Positions 12,801-25,966 of a DNA stretch of 64,000 nt are shown one piece after another. The notes under the pieces were generated by a model. It did no database searches and was not told the origin of the DNA. It saw nothing but the letters and a program-made list of their open reading frames with translations. Location of the stretch: NCBI GenBank assembly GCA_038087875.1, contig CM075991.1, forward strand, positions 12,340,001 through 12,404,000, given 5' to 3'. Origin of the DNA: Malacoraja senta (lineage: Eukaryota). How positions within the stretch are numbered: the first letter of the stretch is position 1; the number at the start of each line of letters is the position of its first letter. The translations under genes and the position numbers were made by a program.

Positions 12801-14278
12801 ACAATTTACAGAGGCTGTTTAACCCACTTGTCTTTGGAACATGGGAGGAAACCGGAGCACCCGGGACGAAATCCCCGCGGTCACTGGGAGAACGTGCAAA
12901 CTCCGCACAGACAGACAGCACCCGAGGTCAGGATCGAACCCGGATCTGTGGCGCTGTGTGTCACTGCACTGCATGGAATAAAGAAAAATCTGTACAAAAG
13001 TCAAACAGTTTTAAATTTGACTTTTCAAAGAAAGAAATGAATGATCATTTCTACAGATTATAATCTGTTGCCTCCCATAAAAACATAAAACCACAACATT
13101 ATTTAAGAATTTTAGCAATTCAGCAACTTTGTCCCAACTTCAGATCATGCTTGGACATTGTGCAGAGTGACTCATAGTTCAGGGTAGATAAGTGGAGCCT
13201 CTCATTAGAATGAAACAAAATGCCACCCTAGTATATTTACATCTTGCTTGTATTCCTGCAAATTTAAAATATGCTCCAGATCAGTGCAGATATGACCTCA
13301 CCTCTCTTTTCCAGCTTTCTTCCCCCTATTCCAATCGGTCTGCAGAAGGGACCTGACCGGAAACGTTATCAGCCCAGTCCCTCCACAGAGGCTGTCTGAC
13401 TCACTGAGTTCCTCCAGTACTTTGCGTTTTAAACCAAGCCCTAACACACGAAGGACTCAGCATTTACTCCCACCTAACATTTCCAAAGATCCCAGTTCCC
13501 AGTTCCCAGTCTAAAGAAGGGTCTCGACCTGAAACTTCACCCAATCCTCCTCTCCAGAGATGTTGACTGTCCCGCTGAGTTACCACAGCATTTTGTGTCT
13601 AACCAGCATCTGCAGTTCCTTCCTACACATACTAACCTTCCCAGCTCTCTTTGCTTTTACAAAACTACAGAAGGTCAAATTTATGTTTGGTGTTTAAAAA
13701 TAGCCGATCACTCACAAGGGCGTCTTAATTTCATGTCAATACAGGAAGTCTCGAAACATGGTGATGCACAGTTTGTAATGGGTAGGTCAAAGTTCATTCA
13801 GTTCACAGGTCAAAGGTGATGTGTGTGGGCAGTCACACTCAGAGAATCGGTTTAACCCAACGGAGGGATCACGCACAGATCGCCGCTGTGTTGTGTTCTT
13901 GTTCTGAAAGGCAAGGGGGTTGAGGAGGGGGGTTGGGGGTGGGAGCAGGGTCTTTGTTGGATCAGACCTGCCCAACACAGCGCAGTTCCAGAAACGTTCC
14001 CTTCTCCTGACGCTCAAACCAGACGTGTGAAGGCACGATTCTGGAGCGTAATCAGACGTGGACAACTGAAGGCACCTGGACATCACCCGAGGGGAACGTT
14101 GGAAGGGGATCTAAACTGGAGCCAAGGCCCCATCCGCATTCACTGGGTCGACTTCTACCCAACGACGAACCTTCCCGAGAACGGTTGTTGCAAGGCATCA
14201 TCTCGGAGCTCAGCGCCATTGTCCTCTATCTACCTCCTCGCCTTAGCTCGGCCTTGGTCCCCCACTCCCTCCCCCGCC
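9870..14278 (-). other. RAB11FIP1: Probable long 3' UTR of RAB11FIP1
   Basis: Mostly unique, AT-rich sequence after the stop. Minus-strand AATAAA at 12269-12274, 10134-10139 and 9892-9897. The true 3' end cannot be determined from sequence. Confidence 0.4.
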
Positions 14279-14497
14279 TCACACTCTCTCGGCCCTTCTG
14301 TTGGGCGGGCAGGTCACCCTGAGGATGTTGGGCGTCTCCTCCATGACCCGGACCAACAGGTTGTCAATGTAGTTTTCCAGCTCCCTCACGTGGCCATCCT
14401 TCTTGGTGATCAGCTCCTTCTGCTTCAGGACCAGCTGGATCAGCTCATCATGCGTGAGCTGGGCGTATGCAGAGGACGGATCAGATCGATCGTAGTC
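14279..14497 (-). CDS. RAB11FIP1: RAB11FIP1 last coding exon (Rab11-binding domain, FIP-RBD)
   Basis: Acceptor taccccccag|GAC TAC; DPSSAYAQLTHDELIQLVLKQKELITKKDGHVRELENYIDNLLVRVMEETPNILRV is the FIP1-type RBD; TGA at 14281-14279. Confidence 0.96.
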   Translation of the reverse strand, partial: DYDRSDPSSAYAQLTHDELIQLVLKQKELITKKDGHVRELENYIDNLLVRVMEETPNILRVTCPPNRRAERV

Positions 14498-14523
14498 CTG
14501 GGGGGTACAACAGGACAAGAACG

Positions 14524-14750
14524 TTAGTCAGAGGGTGGTGAATCTGTGGACTTTAGTCAGAGGGTGGTGAATCTGTGGTCTTTAGTCAGAGGGTGGTGAA
14601 TCTGTGGTCTTTAGTCAGAGGGTGGTGAATAATAGACAATAGACAATAGGTGCAGGAGTAGGCCATTTGGCCCTTCGAGCCAGCACCGTGGACTTTAGTC
14701 AGAGAGTGGTAAATCTGTGGACTTTGGTCAAAGGGTGGTGAATCTGTGGA
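14524..14750 (+). repeat. 29-bp minisatellite derived from a CR1 3' end
   Basis: Unit TTAGTCAGAGGGTGGTGAATCTGTGGACT, about 6 copies, interrupted by an inverted CR1 tail piece. Confidence 0.85.
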
Positions 14751-16195
14751 ATTCTTTGCCACTGCAGGCCGTGGAGACCAAGTCAATTGATTCTTTAAAG
14801 GCAGAGGTAGATAGATCCTTGATTAGTATGGGTGTCAGAGGTTACGGGGAGAAGGCAGGAGAATGGGGTTGAGGGAGAGATAGATCAGCCATGATTGAAT
14901 GGCAGAGTGGACGATGGGCCAAATGGTCTTATTCTGCTCCTTTCACTTATGAACGCTAATGGCATACGACACAGGGCGGCACGATGGCACAGTGGTAGAG
15001 TTGCTGCCTCACGGCGCCAGAAACCCGGGTTCGATCATGATTGCGGGTGCTGTCTGTACGGAGTTTGTGCGTTCTTACTGTGACCACGTGGGTTTTCTCC
15101 GGGTGCTCCGGTTTCCGCTCACACTCCAAAGACGTGCAGGTTTGTAGGTTAATTGGCTTTGCTAACCCACTCACTCTCACATGCCGATGAACATTCATTG
15201 ACAGCATCCTATTGCGATGCATCTCACCTTGGTTTGGTAACAGCCCTGACCCAGACCGCAGGAAATTACAGGGTTGTGGATGTGAGATGGGCCGATCCGT
15301 CACAGACCAGCCTCCCTCCCCAAACAAAAACTTCACACTGCACTCACGACAACAGCCTGCCAGCCCTGAATGTTTCTGGCAACTTTTGTTTAATGATAAA
15401 TATTTATCCTCTGGTTTTAAGTTCCTGGAATATAATTTTCCATTAAAAATTATTGTCCCAACACTTCAGAAGGCTACCACCAAATCTGTTCTCATTGGCT
15501 CCTAGCAGGGACATCACTGGTTCATCCTCATAACTTTAGAGATTCTCCCATGTTCATTACGTATTAGGAGCAAAATTAGACCATTTGGCCCATCGAGTCT
15601 ACTCTCCCACTCAATCAATAGACAACAGACAATAGGTGCAGGAGTAGGCCATTCGGCCCTTCGAGCCAGCACCGCCATTCAATGTGATCATGGCTGATCA
15701 TCCCCAATCAGTACCCAGTTCCTGCCTTCTCCCCATATCCCCTGACTCCGCTGTTTTTAAGAGCCCTATCTAGCTCTCTCTTGAAAGCATCCAAAGAACC
15801 TGCCTCCACCGCCCTCTGAGGCAATCATGACTGATCTACCTTTCCCTCTCAACCCCCTTCTCCTGCCTTCTCCCTGTAACCATTGACACCTTTACCAATC
15901 AAATACCCATCAATACATGCTTTAAAATTACCCAAAGTCTTGGCCTCCACAGCCGTCTGTGGCAATGGGTTCCACAGATTCACCACCCGTGTTCCTTGCA
16001 TCCACCCACTTGGTCAAGGCAGCACAATGAATTATTTGTACCAGGAGGTTTGGATCCAATATTCCCTGAACTCTGCAGACACCACAAGGTCGCAGGAGTG
16101 CTGTGTTGTTCAGGGAAGCAGTGTCCAAACTTCACAATTTGACAACTGAAAACATGAATACATTTAAACCGATAAATGAATCCATCTTCACCCAC

Positions 16196-16355
16196 CTTGG
16201 GATGACTTTGATTTTCATTGACTGCAAAAGAGTGACCAGCGGAAGACTTGGTCACCAATAAACTTGTATTCTTCATCTTCGTCTTCAGATTCTCCTCCGA
16301 AGATATTTCATTAAATCTCGTTTCTGCAGCATTCATGGGCTTCACAGGGTGAAGT
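16196..16355 (-). CDS. RAB11FIP1: RAB11FIP1 coding exon 5
   Basis: Acceptor ttattctccag|A CTT CAC CCT; conserved RLHPVKPMN; donor AAG|GTGGGT gives phase 0, matching the next exon; 160 bp. Confidence 0.85.
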
Positions 16356-18177
16356 CTGGAGAATAAAAGGTGAATGGGAAATTTACACTTGCATACTTTT
16401 GCAACACAGACCGTGGCCATTCAACATGTTTAGTTGGTTCTCAACATGTTATGTTGGTTCAAAACCATTCCTCAACGTCTCTATCTCCCAACCTCCTTCA
16501 CAGGCTCATTGACCATCTCCGAACCCCCATCCCCCCCCCCCCCCCCACCATGACCCCCAATTCTCAAGCTGCAGAATTAAATCTGGGATAACCTGGAGCC
16601 AATTGACCATACGTCCTTGGGATGAGATAAGGAAACTCTACAACGGTTTCAGCCAGAACATGCAAACTCCACACAGACTGCACCACAGATCAGGAACGGA
16701 CCCTGGTCTCTGGAGCTGCACGGCATCAGCACTAACTGCTGCACGACCGTGCCACCCCATAGCGCTACAAAAGTCCTACATTGGATGGAGATACAAGGAG
16801 ATTTAGGGCTGCTTGTCTGTTCTGGGGAAGCCCAGTGGACATGGAACCAGACTTGCTCTCCCCGCGATTAGCCAGCAACTGCCGGCATTGGTGAAATGAA
16901 TCTCGATGTGCAGAATGATTTCCATGAAATGGTCAAATGTCTTAGATATAGAAAAAGTGGCAACATCGCAGTGTAAGGAGACCACACAACCCCCAATGGC
17001 CAATCAGCCACAATAGGGTGACAAGTTGGGACTCCTGGAATCCTTGCTTTGTGCAAGCTCTCAATGGTCCATCGTAGACCATCTATAAACTGGTCAATCA
17101 CGCCCACACTACCTCTCGCGTCAATATACTGAATGGATTGATTGAAAGATATAGCGTGGAATCAGGCCCTTCAGCCCACCGAGTCAAAGCCGAACAGTGT
17201 TCAGCCGCTCACACGCGTTCAACTCCCTGCGATGCTGGCTCGAAGGGCCAAATGGCCTCCTCCTGCACCTATTTTCTATGTTTCTATACGCGGGGAGGGG
17301 GGGCAATCTACAGTGGGCCAATTAACCTACAATCCCACACATCTTTTGCATGTGGGGTGAAACCGGAGCACCTGGTGGAAACCCACACAGTCCCAGGGAG
17401 AACGTGCAAACTGCACACAGACAGCACCCGAGGTTGGGATCGAACCCGGGTCTCTGGCGCTGTAGGATAGTGGGTCTACCGGCCGCGCCACTTTAGATCC
17501 AGTACTTGGAGATGGCCGCATATCACTGTACCTTGATTGGTACACGTGACAATAAAAGACCTTTGAAACATTTGTGGGAGTGGAGGGAGGGGTATGGATC
17601 ACATACAAGCAGATGAGTTTAATTCAGCATCGTGCTCATCACAGACATTGTGGGCCAAAGAGTCCGATCCTGTTCTGTGCTGTTCTATGCAGGTTAGAGT
17701 AACCGACTAGCCCAAGAACCAGGGTGGCGAGAGTTACAAGTTGCACAAATATTTGCACGGCCACTGAAGCACGAGAGAACGAGGAGTCAGAATTTGCCGT
17801 GGGACCAAAACAAAGAGCGACAGGTCTGGACATCTCCTCAACTAGTTCTTGCTCAACAGATTAACCAAAACAGCTACACTCTGCCCAAGCACGCCAGGAT
17901 CAAACCTGATCAGCAGGAATGTGGAAACTGATCTAACATCAAGCCGACATGGAACTGGATATACAACTACACAAAGTCTTCTGGACGGGGTGGGAGATTG
18001 CAACCTTCACCTGTTTCAACGAATGCAATCAACCTGGCGTGCACAATCAAATAAGATCAAATAGAACAAGTTGCCCTACAACTTTAGGCTGTGAATGCCA
18101 TACTCAATAAGAAGAAGTCTTCTGGACAGGAAGTAGAGGAACAATGGAATTAAGTGGACACTTCCTAAAGACAGCAA

Positions 18178-18409
18178 AAGGCCTGTCACACTTGCCGATT
18201 TTTTTTCGCCGACTGCCGGCGTCATATCGGGGTCGCCAAAAGATTTTCAACATTTCAAAATCCAGCGGCGACAAGAAAAAAGTCGGGACACTTGAAAAAC
18301 CACCGTGTGTCAATACGTCATCACGCTGCGAATGTTTTGGTGACCTGATACGTCAGTCAATGATGCCGGCAGTCGCCGAAAAAAAAAATCACCAAGTGGG
18401 ACAGGCCCT
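18178..18409. mobile_element. Harbinger-type MITE (family B)
   Basis: GGCCTGTCACACTTGCCGATTTTT...AAAATCACCAAGTGGGACAGGCCCT. Confidence 0.8.
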
Positions 18410-19894
18410 TTAATATAAAATTAACGGTGTATTCGACCATGGTATCTATAAGGGCGTTGGAAGAAACTGCAGATGCTGGTTTAAATCAAAGATAGACACA
18501 AATTGCTGGAGTAACTCTGTGGGACAGGCAGCATCTCTGGAGAGAAGGAATGGGTGACGTTTCGGATCGAGACCATTCTTCAGACTATCAGCTTTTTTCA
18601 GATCTACAAGGGTGCTGCCCACAAATTCAGGAGCTTCCCTCCCGATTACTAATGCTGATTTACTAATTTACTCATACTGAGGTTTCGGTGATCCAGTGGT
18701 TAAATCACCAGACTGCCACTGTCTAATGAACCAGAGGGCAGATCAAATCCACCTGGGAATTTAAATTCAAGTAATAACTACAAAATTACAAATATGTTCC
18801 ATATAATAAAAGCTGACCAAGAAATAATGGGATCGTCATAAAATCCCATCTGGTCCGCTTTTGCAAGAAAAAAAATATACAAGTTCACAGAAAATATGTG
18901 AAAATACAGCAGGTCGGGCAGCATCTGTGGGAATAGAAACCGATCAGAGACCCTTCATCACGAGAGGCAAAGAGAATAAAGCGGCAATTTTAAATTGAGG
19001 CAACGCAGAAGATAACTTAAAATTATCTTTTAATACCTTAATTTAAAATTACAATTTCTGTATCGTTTAATAAACTATTATCCCCTTCACCTCTCTTCCC
19101 CAGTTCTAAGGAAGGGTCACATTTACTGTTTCTCTTCTAACGATGCTGTTCGCCTGGCTGAAAATGTTCCCACAGTTTGTGTTTTGTTTCACATTTCCAG
19201 CGTCAGCAGTTTAAAAATAAAATACTTGAAATAGAAATAGAGGGTTAACCGCAGCCAGATAATGTCGAGGCAATAAGGTGGGATGATTTTACCACCTCCT
19301 CGACTCATTGGCGATGGAGGGTGGACAATAAACAGCTGGCATTTACCACCAAACACACGTCTGTGAATGAGAAACAAACTTTCTCATATATGCCTCAGTT
19401 CAGAACAATAAAGTCCAGAAGTCAATCCCTCTCCCCTTTCATCCCAAACATAACCTTCTATTGGTCAAACTGATTAGGCATCGTGCAGGAAATATCATTT
19501 CAGTCCAACAATCGCGGCCATGATTAGTCAAGAGATCTATTTTTTAGTTTTTTTAGTTTTGGAGGTACAGCGTGGAAACAGACCCGAGTCCACTGAGCCA
19601 CATCCCAACCAGCGATCACCCCGTACACTAGCACCACCCTACACACTAGGAACAATGTAGGGAAGCTAATTAACCTACAAAGACCACTTCTTTGGAAAAC
19701 AGACGGAGCACCCGGAGAAAACCCACGCGGTCAGACGGAGAATGTACAAACTCCGTACAGACAGCACCCGGAGTCAGGATCGAACCCGGGTCTGAGGCAG
19801 CAACTCTACCGCTGCGCCACCGTGCTGCCCGCTACAATGCGGTCATTGTAAAGAGCTCAAGGGCATTTTCAGATTCAGTTTGGCAAACCCTCAC

Positions 19895-21946
19895 CTGCGT
19901 GTGGAAAGTACTGCTGCTGCATTGTCCGGGGGATGGATTGGTTGTGTCTCCGTAGGAAAAACCCTCGCCTGAATCAGCATCTTCTGGCCAGAGTGCTCCA
20001 CTCGGCGAGATCTCCCTGCTGGAGGGGGGTTATCGGGCAGGGGGAAGGCAGGCCATGACAGAGCAGAAGGAGAGGGAGGAGGAACTAAGAACCGGACAGA
20101 ATCTAAAGTTGCAGGGGAAGCCTTGAGCTGGCCAGACCCAACTGATGGGGTGGAAATGGAAGAAACCACAGCTGGCCTCTCAGAAGTCTGTCGTTCATGT
20201 GCAGTGAAGGGCTCGTCACCCAAGTCCAAAGTAACACCGGCAATTTCCAGAGTATCGGGGATGGCAGCATTTGCCGTTAGTTCTAGATTAACACGATCAT
20301 CTTTCATGGATAGTTCTGCACTCTCGCTTTTATTGGTAAGGGCTAGGCTCTGTTCGAGAGATTCTCCACCTTTGTCAGAGGTCACTGTATCGTTGACTTT
20401 GATTCCATTGACCAACTGCCATTGGTTGGCATTGCCATCATTGGGCTCGATCGCTACAGGCTGCAAGTTAGCCGGATGGTCAGAATCAGTGGTGGTGATG
20501 TGGATTGGTTTGGGGTCAGGAGAGGTCTGGGCTTCTGCCTCCCAGGCCAGGGTCACAGCGGGTGGAACTGGAGGGTCTGGAGGTGGTGACACAAGATCAA
20601 CATCACCCTCCCTTTCTAGCTCACTCGCCAAAGGATCTTCTGCAACATCTTCCATCTTCTCAGGAATTAACATCTGCCCGCTGGCCTGCAGAATGGAAGG
20701 GCTGTCCATGGCCACATCCTCCTCCTCTTCCACCACCACGAGTGGGTAATCATCAGTCATCTCCGTTGGAGAAGCACGGCTCAGGCTGGAGATGGAGCAA
20801 GGCTCAGGCTTGTGTGTGGCCACCACTGGGCCACCGCGGTCATCTCCCTGTTGTTCACACAGGGACAGATTGTTGACTGATGTCCCCACTGCCAAAGTAC
20901 CACCTGTCCCTCCACCTGCAGCAGACTCTGTGACTGGATCCGCACCACACTCAAAATGCATCAAGTCCTTCAGCAGTTGCCCCTCTGCAGATCTCAATGG
21001 GGCATCATGGATGACAGCTTTGTTCATGGTGGGCAAACTCCTTGGGGCAGGAACTGGTGGGACATTTTGCTCCGGTTTCGGAGCAGGTGGTGCCCCTGAA
21101 CTGGGCACACTGCTACGGGGTGGCACTTTGGGCACAGGCGTGGGTTGGCTGGTGGTTGATGTTGGGACAGGATTAGGGTTGATTAAGGCTGGATGATCCA
21201 TGGACACCTTTCCATGTGAAGCACCATGCCCAGATATCTTCACAGGGTTTTCATCTTCACTGCTCACTCTCTCGTCTTCACTGCTCACTCTCTCATCTTC
21301 ACTGCTCACTCTCTTGTCTTCACTGCTCACTCTCTTGTCTTCACCGCTCACTCTCTTGTCTTCACTGCTCACTCTCTCATCTTCACCGCTCACTCTCTCA
21401 TCTTCCTCCAGGTTTACAGTTGTGTCCACTGGATTAGTTTCAAGTGGAACATCTTGAGATGAACCATCAGGATGCACAACGGCAGAGTCCTCCTCTCCAT
21501 CAGTCGGGGACCGCTGGGCACTTCTTGCGGCCTGTCCCCTTGTGGTCAGCTCCTGGAGCAAGAGTCGAGGCGACACCTTGCTCCCCTGCCTGGGTGCTGC
21601 CCCAACTTCCAAAGGCCTTCCCCCAACTATCTCAGGGCTGGGCAGCTGGTTCGTCTGGGTATCTGTGGGCATGGAAGAGGAGGAGGAGCCAGCAACAAGA
21701 GGCAGAAGCGAAGGGGTGAGGCAGGACTCATCTACACGAGATGGCCAAAGTCCCAAGGAGTCTGACTTGGAGGGCAGGGGTGGACTATTGGTCAAATGTC
21801 GGCTGGAAAGGTCGGAGCCTCTCGGGCCGATGGCAGGAGCTGAGCTAAAGGGGTCGCTTAGAGCAGAGGAGGAAGGAGAACAGGGATCAGAAGGGAAAGA
21901 TGACAGAGAGTTGGCTTTGGTTTCGGACTTTGGAGACACGTCCAAT
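19895..21946 (-). CDS. RAB11FIP1: RAB11FIP1 large Ser/Pro/Glu-rich exon 4 (probably alternatively spliced cassette)
   Basis: Acceptor tcctttttacag|A TTG GAC GTG (KPK|LDVSP, resembling the mammalian KPR|LEVSP junction); 2052 bp fully open; donor AG|GTGAGG; phase 2-2 and a multiple of 3. Confidence 0.88.
21251..21406 (-). repeat. Coding 21-bp minisatellite in RAB11FIP1 exon 4
   Basis: About 7 copies encoding ED(E/K)RVS(S/G). Confidence 0.92.
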
Positions 21947-22644
21947 CTGTAAAAAGGACAAAAGACGAGTCAGCTGGGTGGGGCATCACCACCTCCGGGG
22001 TAGTTTTTGGGGGGAGGTTAAAGTTCTCCCTCGCCAATTAAACCAAATACTCTGGAGAGATGGAATAGTTGATGTTTTGGATCGAGACCCTTCTTCAGAA
22101 GAGGCTTGACACGAAACGTCACCCATTTATTTTCTCCAGCAATGAATGCGGTCTGTCCCGCTGTTTTACTCCAACTTTTTGTGTATATCATCGGTTTAAA
22201 ACCAGCATCTGCAGTTCCTTCCCAAACTATAGTATTACTCTCAATAGTCTCCTAGTGCCAGCAGAGTCCCAGTGGGAAGCTCCGGCAACCTTCACAAGAG
22301 CTGGTCTCTGTAGATTCCTTTACTGGAACTATGTGGAAGGTTGGAGATTACATTTCTGGTCTAGTCAGCTCACCGATTCACCTATTCCTCCCACTTCAGA
22401 TCAAGCATCAGGGATTTGTGTCTTAAATTTCCAAAAAATAAAGAATCCACTCAAAGCAGGGACACTATGCAGAAAAAATCCATAAGCCGGAAGAAAGTAT
22501 CCAAAATAAATTATAGTGGCATATATGTTTGAATGGGAAGCAAAACCAAACGGCATTGGGTTAGTACAGTTAATATCCTGAAGGTTTAGATCATTAAGTT
22601 CAACAATGTTGGTTCAATCAAAAGGACACAAAGTGCTGGAGTAA

Positions 22645-22967
22645 AAGCCCTGTCCCACGGTACGAGTTCATTCCAAGAGCTCTCCCGAGTTAAAAAAAAA
22701 TCAAACTCGTGGTAAGCACGGAGAATGAACGTAGCGGGTACATCGGAGCTCGGGGACGTCTCTTAGCGCTAACGGCAGGTACTCGGGAAGGCTCGCTAAT
22801 GGCAGGTAAGCACGGGAAGACTCGTGAAGATTTTTCAACATGTTGAAAAATGTCCACGAGAGCCCCGAGTACCGACGAGTGGCCATTACCGTAAATCTCC
22901 GAGTTCGAATCAGAGTTCGAAGTTCGGGAGAGCTCTTGGAATGAACTCGTACCGTGGGACAGGGCTT
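22645..22967. mobile_element. PIF/Harbinger-type MITE, young
   Basis: Perfect 44-bp TIR (AAGCCCTGTCCCACGGTACGAGTTCATTCCAAGAGCTCTCCCGA); TAA TSD; interrupts GCTGGAGTAA|CTTAGC of a Penelope-derived repeat. Confidence 0.9.
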
Positions 22968-25589
22968 TAACTTAGCTGGACAGGCAGCATCTTTGGAGAA
23001 CGTGAATAGGTGACGTTTTAGGTCAGGACCCATCTTCAGACCCAAAACATCCATCTATCCTCGTTCTCCATAGATGCTGCCTGACCTGCTGAGATACTCC
23101 AGCACTTTATGTCCTTTTGTGTATTAACCTGCATCTGCAGTTCCTTGTATCTACAGTTGTTTTGCTCGATAAGCAGTGTTTTAACTGAAGATAGACACAA
23201 ATGTCTGAAGAGTTACGACCCAAAATATCACCCTGTTCCTTTTCTCCAGAGATGCTGGCTGACCCGCTGAGTTCCTCCAGCATTTTGTGTCTATCTTCAG
23301 TATAAACCAGCATCTGCAGTTCCTTCATGCACAGTGTTGTAACTGAGCTCTGTGAAAGGTCGAGGTTTTAATCCGGATACGTTGGGGACACGATTCTCAC
23401 CGGCATTATTCAAAGCTTTGCGGCTACTCAGTTATGTATACACTGTTTCTTCTGCCATCAACTATTTTACCAAAAATGTATTCTGATGTAAAACAGTGCT
23501 GGAGTAACACAATGGGCCAGGCAGTATCTGTGGAAGGAGTGGATACGGTATTTCATCAGACTATTTTTTATTTCTTCAGAGTCTGAAGAAGGGCCCAGAT
23601 GCGAAACATCTCCTATCCATTCCCCATGTAGATGGTGCCTGACCTGCTGAGTTCCTCCAGCACTGTGTGTGCATTGCTCAAGATTGCAGCATCAGCAGAG
23701 TCTTACGCCTTGATTCTGATGTCGTTTTCCAGTTTCAAGACCAAGACAATGCAGACGGCAACTGTGGAACAGAATGAACTATGTTTTAGTTTCATTTAGT
23801 TCAAAGATACAGCACAGAAACAGGCCATTCGGCCCACCTAATCCATGCCAACAAGCGATCCCTGCACACTAACGCTATCCTGCATACACTAGGGACAATT
23901 TACAGTTATACCCTATACCAAGACAATTAACCTACAAACCTAGAGTGGGGGGGGAAACCAGAGGTCACGGAGAAATTCCACGCCGTCACAGGGAGAACAT
24001 GCTAACTCCGTACAGACAGCACCCATAGTCAGGATCACACATGGGTCTCTGGCACTGCGAGGCTGCAACTTTACCACTGCGTCACTGAGCTGCCCTGAGG
24101 GCCAATACCTGTCAGATTTGATCCACTCAACCTTTGATCACTGCTGAGGACCCTCGGGCCAAGTAAGTGCTTATTCTTCTTGCGTATGGCGTGCATAGCC
24201 TAAAGATGTAGGACAAATTGTTCTATTTGATCTTACTTGATTGTGCACGCCAGGTTGATTGCATTCGTCGAAACAGGGCAGACCAAGTGAAGGTTGCAAT
24301 CTCCCACCCTCAAGTAAGTACTGTTAACAGAAGGCTAAATGACAGCAGAAGCCAGACCCGAGCGCAACGTTGCTGCTTAAGCCCGACCTGCTGCAGAAGC
24401 CCGATCCCCACCAACTCCACACCGACCAGCAATCACCCGCACACCAGTTCTTTCCTTCACACTAGGGACAATTTACAGAAGGCAGTTAATCTGCAAACCT
24501 GTATGCCTGCGGAATGTGGGAGGAAACCGGAGCACCCGGAGACAACCCACGTGGTCACAGGGGGAAGGTACAAACTCTGTACAGAGAGCAGGATTGAACC
24601 CGGGTCTCTGGCGCTGTGAGGCAGCAACTCTACCGCTGCGCCACCCCAACGCTATTGTGATGTCCTGCTGTGTTGCAAACGCCTCCAGTGCTTTCACCGC
24701 TGCATCTTAGTTTGGCTGCTGACTAGTGTTACACATTTCTCCAAATAGAAATGTCAGCCTGGGCAGTTTCCATCGTCCAGCGAGCCCATCTATGCGACTC
24801 AAACTTGGTTCACATGCAAGGGCCGGAGAAACCACTTGCCCAGACAAGCCAGCAGTAACTTCCCAAAGATGCAGAGCAGCCGAGTGTGGGGGGGGAGCCA
24901 GAGAAACGTTCATAGTGTGCCTTCACCTCCTCTCCATCCATAATAGGACCACTCTTCCACGGCCAGTATTGGCAAGATGGGCCGAATGTCCACTCCCATG
25001 CTTTCCTCACCCAGATTCTATATGAGGCAAGAGTGTTTAACTGTTACTCTTCAATCCCATCTCACATCTTCTGCTTTTATCTCTGGTCTTTGTTCCAAGC
25101 ATTTGCCTATCGTAAACCCCCCTTGCCTACATCGACCCTGTACCTGCCACGCTTTCTCCTGCCTCTCCCCTCTTCCAACTTTCTTCTTCCCCCTCACCCC
25201 ACAATCAGTCTGAAGAAGGGTCTCAACCCGATCCATGTTCTCCACAGATGCTGCCTGACCCGCTGAGTTACTCCAGCACTCTGTGAAACGTCACCTATCC
25301 ATGTTCTCCACAGATGCTGCCTGACCCGCTGAGTTAGTTCAACACACTTTGTATCTATCTTCAACATTGTAGGCCCGTTCTGCTGCTGCACAAAAGAATG
25401 ACATGTCCCATCAGCCAGAGGGTGAAGACAGGGCTCCACTCTACAATGAACGTTATGACGTGGGCCGCTTGACTGGGCTCAGCTTGGCGACTCAGTCCAC
25501 CAAGCTGTGATGACTATGGACCTCTCAAGGAACCAACTCTTGAGTGTGTGTTGGCTGCGGACTGGCATCAGTGGTGCCACCTCCCACAT

Positions 25590-25905
25590 TTGTTTAGTTT
25601 AGAGATCCAGCGCAGAAACAAGCCCTTCGGCCCACCGAGTCCGCACCGACCAGCGATCCCCGCACACTAACACCACCCTACACACACACTAGGGACAATT
25701 TACATTTACACCAAGCCAATCAACCTACAAACCTGCACGTCTTTGGAGTGTGGGAGGAAACCGAAGATCTCGAAGAAAACCCACGCAGGTCACGGGGAGA
25801 ACGTGCAAACTCCGTACAGGCAGCACCCGTAGTCGGGATCGAACCCGGGTCTCCGGCGCTGCAAGCGTTGTAAGGCGGCAACTCTACCGCTGCGCCACTG
25901 TGGCC
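25590..25905 (-). mobile_element. V-SINE copy, full length
   Basis: Reverse complement of the SINE consensus, with A/B boxes and a (CTAAA)n tail. Confidence 0.85.
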
Positions 25906-25966
25906 GCCCACGGAAGTGAAGGCCCACCTCCCTCTAAGTCCATTGCAAAGACAAGGCAAGACTTAC

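Noticed and set aside
20123..21952. Plus-strand ORFs overlapping exon 4 (also exons 2, 3 and 6)
   Set aside because: Antisense shadows of GC-rich coding sequence with no independent features.
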